Origin: a virus
Taxonomy: Duplodnaviria; Heunggongvirae; Uroviricota; Caudoviricetes
IMG/VR virus record: IMGVR_UViG_2541047850_000005
Coordinates: 3,554 to 67,553 of that record
DNA: 64,000 nt
Reading direction: 5' to 3' (one strand)
Numbering within the stretch: the stretch's first letter is position 1; each line of letters starts with the position of its first letter. Below are positions 62,518 through 64,000 of the stretch, piece by piece. The notes below the pieces were generated by a model, which was not told where the DNA came from, ran no database searches, and worked only from the letters and a program-made list of their open reading frames with translations. A program made the translations under genes and the position numbers.

Positions 62518-63102
62518 TTAGTCATAGCTAACGGAGTATTGAATAACCGTGCTAAAGTTGCCAGAATATACTGCCCCATCAACTGTTGGAGCTGGATTAT
62601 TACCGCGCTTCAGAAGAACAGCGTACGCAGGGATACTTAAGCTACCTTGTGCATTTGTAGTACCCAAACCTCGTTCTGATCCGTCAAGATACCAGTAACC
62701 AGATTTACCACCGGATTGTGCGGTAAAACTTAGAGCAAGACCACTAACCTCTTTTCCGGAAGCATCCTGAACAAGCGCCTGGAAGGCATTACCTTGCGCA
62801 CGTTGAGGGGCAGTTACGGTATATTTCATCGCTGTGTTAGCTGGGCAGTTTTCCAGTTCAAATTGCCCTTGTTGCATGTTCTGAATTACTGAGTTGTGAG
62901 ACAGAGTAGCATAGTCAGCCACACTAACTGGATCAAATCTAATGTCTGTAGGCCAAGAGGTAACTGTACAAGTCGGTGACACAACAGAACCTGAAATAGT
63001 TGCCTGAGAGCTACCAACATTATTGGCTGCTGCCATAGACACCACTGAAGTACCCATTAGCAGGGTGCCTACCATCATGCGTACAACAAATTTTTTATTC
63101 AC
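62518..63102 (-). CDS. fimbrial major subunit
   Basis: 194 aa, signal peptide ..VVSMAAA, a Cys pair, and a C-terminal beta-strand ..STVIQYSVSYD. Confidence 0.85.
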   Translation of the reverse strand: MNKKFVVRMMVGTLLMGTSVVSMAAANNVGSSQATISGSVVSPTCTVTSWPTDIRFDPVSVADYATLSHNSVIQNMQQGQFELENCPANTAMKYTVTAPQRAQGNAFQALVQDASGKEVSGLALSFTAQSGGKSGYWYLDGSERGLGTTNAQGSLSIPAYAVLLKRGNNPAPTVDGAVYSGNFSTVIQYSVSYD

Positions 63103-63513
63103 GAAAATCTCCTAGAGAAAGCTTAGTTCATTTTTATTACTGGATCACTAGGATAACCAGCGAATTAATTTTCAATTAATAGCTTTCCATCTGTCAATTT
63201 TCGTCTTTATCTTAATCTAAACTCAGAAACATAAATTAAACTTCAAAAAACATTAAAATTAGTTCATTTCAGAATAATATTCTGATTGTTTTAATTGTGC
63301 TCATACAATATCTTTTTAAAAGAGATGAATTTTGATTTCATCTGAAAAATTTTTACCGCAAAACCAAACTGTTATCATAATAGAAAACTGAGTTTTGTTA
63401 CTCTGAAACTCCTTTTGAGCCCTAGACTGGCCCCCTGAATCTCCAGACAACCAATATCACTTAAATAAGTGATAGTCTTAATACTAGTTTTTAGACTAGT
63501 CATTGGAGAACAG

Positions 63514-63879
63514 ATGATTGATGTCTTAGGGCCGGAGAAACGCAGACGGCGTACCACACAGGAAAAGATCGCAATTGTTCAGCAGAGCTTTGAACCGGGG
63601 ATGACGGTCTCCCTCGTTGCCCGGCAACATGGTGTAGCAGCCAGCCAGTTATTTCTCTGGCGTAAGCAATACCAGGAAGGAAGTCTTACTGCTGTCGCCG
63701 CCGGAGAACAGGTTGTTCCTGCCTCTGAACTTGCTGCCGCCATGAAGCAGATTAAAGAACTCCAGCGCCTGCTCGGCAAGAAAACGATGGAAAATGAACT
63801 CCTCAAAGAAGCCGTTGAATATGGACGGGCAAAAAAGTGGATAGCGCACGCGCCCTTATTGCCCGGGGATGGGGAGTAA
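63514..63879 (+). CDS. insC: IS2 transposase OrfA
   Basis: 121 aa, [26 protein letters not shown]... A6G slippery site at 63831-63837. Confidence 0.92.
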
Positions 63880-64000
63880 GCTTAGTCAGCCGTTGTCTCC
63901 GGGTGTCGCGTGCGCAGTTGCACGTCATTCTCAGACGAACCGATGACTGGATGGATGGCCGCCGCAGTCGTCACACTGATGATACGGATGTGCTTCTCCG
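63837..64000 (+). CDS. insD: IS2 transposase OrfB, 5' part (truncated by window end)
   Basis: (V)[37 protein letters not shown].., in the -1 frame relative to insC. Confidence 0.8.

Larger units (their letters stand above)
63423..64000 (+). mobile_element. IS2 (IS3 family), left end, continuing beyond the window
   Basis: Starts TAGACTGGCCCCCTGAATCTCCAGACAACC, the IS2 IRL as recalled. insC and insD follow. Confidence 0.9.

Noticed and set aside
59247-63102. Because mrp-metG neighbours the yehABCD (stc) fimbrial operon in E. coli and Salmonella, this operon might be yeh.
   Set aside because: It lies 48 kb away in the opposite orientation. It has an Rns-like regulator and no adhesin-like fourth structural gene, and it is much more AT-rich. 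It is treated as a distinct acquired operon.

Overview
Escherichia-type DNA in which an ordinary divergent metG/apbC(mrp) pair (6.3-9.6 kb) is embedded in mobile DNA. The block 9.65-57.9 kb is compact and almost entirely minus-strand. It reads like the replication and nucleotide-metabolism arm of a P1/SSU5/pHCM2-style phage-plasmid. It carries a P1-type replicon: tandem DnaA boxes, 6 GATC in 59 bp, 5 iterons, repA, then 12 more iterons. It also carries nrdAB, thyA, folA, a MazG-like gene, a dnaE-type polymerase, a separate DnaQ-like exonuclease, RNase HI, a gp32-like SSB, a FEN and a RecA split by a P-loop LAGLIDADG intein. Further genes are SbcCD-like, RuvC-like, two N6-adenine methyltransferases, a CobS/CobT-like AAA+/vWA pair, a HumD-type pre-processed UmuD', one XRE HTH protein and a tyrosine recombinase. 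The 0-6.25 kb arm holds small unknown genes and a 1.4-kb ORF-poor, G+T-skewed repeat region, and it shares the block's promoter and terminator signatures. 58.4-63.1 kb is an AT-rich three-gene chaperone-usher fimbrial operon with an Rns-like AraC regulator, followed by the left end of IS2. The best candidates for undescribed biology are: (1) two families of dispersed palindromic operator-like sites, AAAACAA-N-TTGTTTT and ATAGGTAA-N4-TTACCTAT, at fixed promoter positions, one of them on the XRE gene's own promoter; (2) a near-invariant translation-initiation leader on 11 genes; (3) perfect LexA boxes on humD and on the recombinase, plus a lox-like 17-7-17 palindrome; (4) a CobS/CobT-like AAA+/vWA-HExxH pair wired into the dnaE operon; (5) two large ORF-free structured loci (22.0-22.6 kb and 4.3-5.8 kb); (6) a housekeeping metG-apbC segment with element DNA on both sides. 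No tRNA, rRNA or CRISPR array was seen. All family calls come from reading motifs by eye; no searches were run.
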